A stretch of DNA of 12,420 nt, taken from positions 1 to 12,420 of IMG/VR virus record IMGVR_UViG_2585427758_000001. One strand, written 5' to 3'. Both the position numbers and the translations under genes were made by a program. The DNA comes from a virus. Taxonomy: Duplodnaviria > Heunggongvirae > Uroviricota > Caudoviricetes. Positions 9,653 to 12,420 of the stretch are shown piece after piece; positions within the stretch are counted from its first letter, which is position 1; each line of letters begins with the position of its first letter. Under the pieces are notes generated by a model that was not told the origin of the DNA, ran no database searches, and saw nothing but the letters and a program-made list of their open reading frames with translations.

Positions 9653-10678
9653 ATGTCGATGTACACAACCGCCCAGCTGCTGGCGGCAAATGAGCAGAAA
9701 TTTAAGTTTGATCCGCTGTTTCTGCGTCTCTTTTTCCGTGAGAGCTATCCCTTCACCACGGAGAAAGTCTATCTCTCACAAATTCCGGGACTGGTAAACA
9801 TGGCGCTGTACGTTTCGCCGATTGTTTCCGGTGAGGTTATCCGTTCCCGTGGCGGCTCCACCTCTGAATTTACGCCGGGATATGTCAAGCCGAAGCATGA
9901 GGTGAATCCGCAGATGACCCTGCGTCGCCTGCCGGATGAAGATCCGCAGAATCTGGCGGACCCGGCTTACCGCCGCCGTCGCATCATCATGCAGAACATG
10001 CGTGACGAAGAGCTGGCCATTGCTCAGGTCGAAGAGATGCAGGCAGTTTCTGCCGTGCTTAAGGGCAAATACACCATGACCGGTGAAGCCTTTGATCCGG
10101 TTGAGGTGGATATGGGCCGCAGTGCGGCGAACAACATCACACAGTCCGGCGGCACGGAGTGGAGCAAGCGTGACAAGTCCACGTATGACCCGACCGACGA
10201 TATCGAAGCCTACGCGCTGAACGCCAGCGGCGTGGTGAATATCATTGTGTTTGACCCGAAAGGCTGGGCGCTGTTCCGTTCCTTCAAAGCCGTCAGGGAG
10301 AAGCTGGATACCCGTCGCGGCTCTCATTCCGAACTGGAGACAGCGGTAAAAGACCTGGGCAAAGCGGTGTCTTATAAGGGAATGTATGGCGATGTGGCCA
10401 TCGTCGTGTATTCCGGACAGTACGTGGAAAACGGCGTCAAAAAGAACTTCCTGCCGGACAACACGATGGTGCTGGGTAACACTCATGCACGCGGTCTGCG
10501 CACCTATGGCTGCATTCAGGATGCGGATGCACAGCGCGAAGGCATTAACGCCTCTGCCCGTTACCCGAAAAACTGGGTGACCACCGGCGATCCGGCGCGT
10601 GAGTTCACCATGATTCAGTCAGCACCGCTGATGCTGCTGGCTGACCCTGATGAGTTCGTTTCCGTACAACTGGCGTAA
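9653..10678 (+). CDS. E: Major capsid protein gpE, 341 aa
   Basis: MSMYTTAQLLAANEQKFKFDPLFLRLFFRESYPFTTEKVYLSQIPGLVNMALYVSPIVSGEVIRSRGG... matches lambda E as recalled; the ORF-track start at 9626 lies inside the upstream hairpin. Confidence 0.95.
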   Translation: MSMYTTAQLLAANEQKFKFDPLFLRLFFRESYPFTTEKVYLSQIPGLVNMALYVSPIVSGEVIRSRGGSTSEFTPGYVKPKHEVNPQMTLRRLPDEDPQNLADPAYRRRRIIMQNMRDEELAIAQVEEMQAVSAVLKGKYTMTGEAFDPVEVDMGRSAANNITQSGGTEWSKRDKSTYDPTDDIEAYALNASGVVNIIVFDPKGWALFRSFKAVREKLDTRRGSHSELETAVKDLGKAVSYKGMYGDVAIVVYSGQYVENGVKKNFLPDNTMVLGNTHARGLRTYGCIQDADAQREGINASARYPKNWVTTGDPAREFTMIQSAPLMLLADPDEFVSVQLA

Positions 10679-10680
10679 TC

Positions 10681-10706
10681 GTGGCCCTTCGGGGCCATTT
10701 TCTCTC
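10681..10706 (+). terminator. Stable UUCG-tetraloop hairpin followed by a U/C-rich tract between E and FI
   Basis: GTGGCCC (10681-10687), loop TTCG, GGGCCAT (10692-10698), then TTTCTCTCT; the pyrimidine tract is not a clean U-run, so terminator function is uncertain. Confidence 0.35.
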
Positions 10707-10719
10707 TGTGGAGGAGTTC

Positions 10720-11106
10720 ATGACGAAAGATGAACTGATTGCCCGTCTTCAGGAGCTGGGTGAGCAACTGAACCGTGATGTCAGCCTGACGGGAACGAAA
10801 GAAGAACTGGCGCTCCGTGTGGCAGAGCTGGAAGAGGAGCTTGATGACACTGCCGATCAGGATACCCCTATCAGCCCGGAAAATGCGCTGACCGGACATG
10901 AAAATGAGGTTGTATCAGCGCAGCCGGATACCGTGACTGATACGGCTGATCTGGTCACGGTTGTGGCACTGGTGACGCTGCATACTGATGCACTTCACGC
11001 CACGCGGGATGACACTGTGGCATTTGTGCTGCCGGGAACGGCGTTCCGTGTCTCTGCCGGTGTGGCAGCCGAAATGACAGAACGCGGCCTGGCCAGAATG
11101 CAATAA
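10720..11106 (+). CDS. FI: DNA packaging protein gpFI
   Basis: MTKDELIARLQELGEQLNRDVSLTGTKEELALRVAELEEELDD...GTAFRVSAGVAAEMTERGLARMQ matches lambda FI as recalled; SD GGAGGAG before ATG 10720. Confidence 0.9.
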   Translation: MTKDELIARLQELGEQLNRDVSLTGTKEELALRVAELEEELDDTADQDTPISPENALTGHENEVVSAQPDTVTDTADLVTVVALVTLHTDALHATRDDTVAFVLPGTAFRVSAGVAAEMTERGLARMQ

Positions 11107-11117
11107 CGGGAGGCGCT

Positions 11118-11471
11118 GTGGCTGATTTCGATAACCTGTTCGATGCTGCCATTGCCCGCGCCGATGAAACGATACGCGGGTACATGGGAACGTCAGCCAC
11201 CATGACATCCGGTGAGCAGTCCGGCGCAGTAATACGTGGTGTTTTTGATGACCCTGAAAATATCAGCTATGCCGGACAGGGCGTGCGCGTTGAAGGCTCC
11301 AGCCCGTCCCTGTTTGTCCGGACTGATGATGTGCGGCAACTGCGGCGTGGAGACACGCTGACCATCGGTGAGGAAAACTTCTGGATAGACCGGGTTTCGC
11401 CGGATGATGGTGGAAGCTGTCATCTCTGGCTCAACCGTGGGCAACCACCCGCTGTTAACCGGCGACGATAA
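11118..11471 (+). CDS. FII: Head-tail connector protein gpFII, 117 aa, GTG start
   Basis: MADFDNLFDAAIARADETIRGYMGTSATMTSGEQSGAVIRGVFDDPENISYAGQGVRVEG... matches lambda FII as recalled; SD GGGAGG upstream. Confidence 0.9.
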   Translation: MADFDNLFDAAIARADETIRGYMGTSATMTSGEQSGAVIRGVFDDPENISYAGQGVRVEGSSPSLFVRTDDVRQLRRGDTLTIGEENFWIDRVSPDDGGSCHLWLNRGQPPAVNRRR

Positions 11472-11486
11472 ACGCAGGGTGAAATT

Positions 11487-12062
11487 ATGGCGATAAAAGG
11501 GCTTGATCAGGCGATTGATAATCTGAGCCGGGTTCGTAAAAACGCCATTCCGGCGGCTTCAGCAATGACGATTAACCGCGTGGCCACAACGGCGATTAAT
11601 CAGTCTTCGTCACAGGTTGCCCGGGAAACCAGGGTGAGACGGAAACTGGTAAAGGAACGGTCCAGACTGAAACGGGCGACGGTCAGAAATCCGAATGCCA
11701 GAATTATCGTTAACCGCGGTGATCTCCCTGTGATTAAGCTGGGGATCAGAATGCTGGGACGTCGTCCGAACAGCATACTCAAAGCCGGTCAGCATCGTTA
11801 TCAGCGGGCATTTATCCAGCGATTAAATAATGGGCGCTGGCATGTTATGCAACGTCTTCCCCAGGCCAGATATGAGGAGGGCAATGACGACAAGGGAAGG
11901 AAAAAGCGTAATCGCCTTCCCATTCAGGTGGTGAAAATCCCGATGGCGGCCCCACTGAAACAGGCATTTGATGAGAATGTTGACCGTATCCGGCGTGAAC
12001 GCCTGCCTAAAGAACTGGCATACGCGCTGAAACAACAACTGAGGATTGCAATAAAACGATGA
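11487..12062 (+). CDS. Z: Tail assembly / tail completion protein gpZ, 191 aa
   Basis: MAIKGLDQAIDNLSRVRKNAIPAASAMTINRVA...; position after FII and ATGA overlap with U as in lambda. Confidence 0.9.
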   Translation: MAIKGLDQAIDNLSRVRKNAIPAASAMTINRVATTAINQSSSQVARETRVRRKLVKERSRLKRATVRNPNARIIVNRGDLPVIKLGIRMLGRRPNSILKAGQHRYQRAFIQRLNNGRWHVMQRLPQARYEEGNDDKGRKKRNRLPIQVVKIPMAAPLKQAFDENVDRIRRERLPKELAYALKQQLRIAIKR

Positions 12063-12420
12063 AACACACTGACATTCGTGCCGCAGTGCTGGATGCACTC
12101 GAGCAGCATGAACACGGGGCGACGCTGTTTGATGGTCGCCCCGTTGTTTTTGACGAAGAGGATTTTCCTGCGATCGCGGTTTATCTGACGGATGCAGAGT
12201 ATACCGGTGAAGAGCTGGATGCAGATACCTGGCGGGCCACGCTGCATATTGAGGTGTTTTTACCGGCACAGGTACCGGATTCAGAGCTTGATCAGTGGAT
12301 GGAAAGCCGGATTTACCCGGCGATGACCGCGATCCCGGCACTGGCAGGACTGATTACCACGATGGTTACGCAGGGCTATGAGTATCGTCGTGATGACGAT
12401 ATGGCGTTATGGAGTTCTGC
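12059..12420 (+). CDS. U: Tail terminator protein gpU, 5' portion (continues beyond window end)
   Basis: MKHTDIRAAVLDALEQHEHGATLFDGRPVVFDEEDFPAIAVYLTDAEYTGEELDADTWRATLHIEVFLPAQ... matches lambda U as recalled; no stop before the window end. Confidence 0.9.
   Translation, partial: MKHTDIRAAVLDALEQHEHGATLFDGRPVVFDEEDFPAIAVYLTDAEYTGEELDADTWRATLHIEVFLPAQVPDSELDQWMESRIYPAMTAIPALAGLITTMVTQGYEYRRDDDMALWSS

Overview
This window is a lambdoid (lambda-like) prophage or phage segment of enterobacterial type, running on the + strand from the late lysis cassette through cos into the head-morphogenesis operon. Order: 3' end of an unidentified upstream gene; intrinsic terminator; class II pinholin (phage 21 S-like, dual start); a ~700 bp accessory insert (DUF1327/YdfR-like ORF plus a convergent minus-strand ORF); SAR-type T4-lysozyme-family endolysin; strong intrinsic terminator; a cluster of tandem small hydrophobic ORFs; spanins Rz with embedded Rz1; lambda-type cosQ/cosN; a non-lambda cosB with three CATGTCGG repeats; then Nu1, A, W, B, C (with nested Nu3), D, E, FI, FII, Z and the start of U. 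Head and terminase proteins match lambda proteins as I recall them, with identical gene lengths and overlaps; no alignment was computed. The parts not explained by the lambda paradigm are (i) the S-R insert, (ii) the small-peptide cluster behind a terminator between R and Rz, and (iii) the mosaic cosB/Nu1 N-terminal specificity module. No tRNA, rRNA, CRISPR array or transposase was seen.
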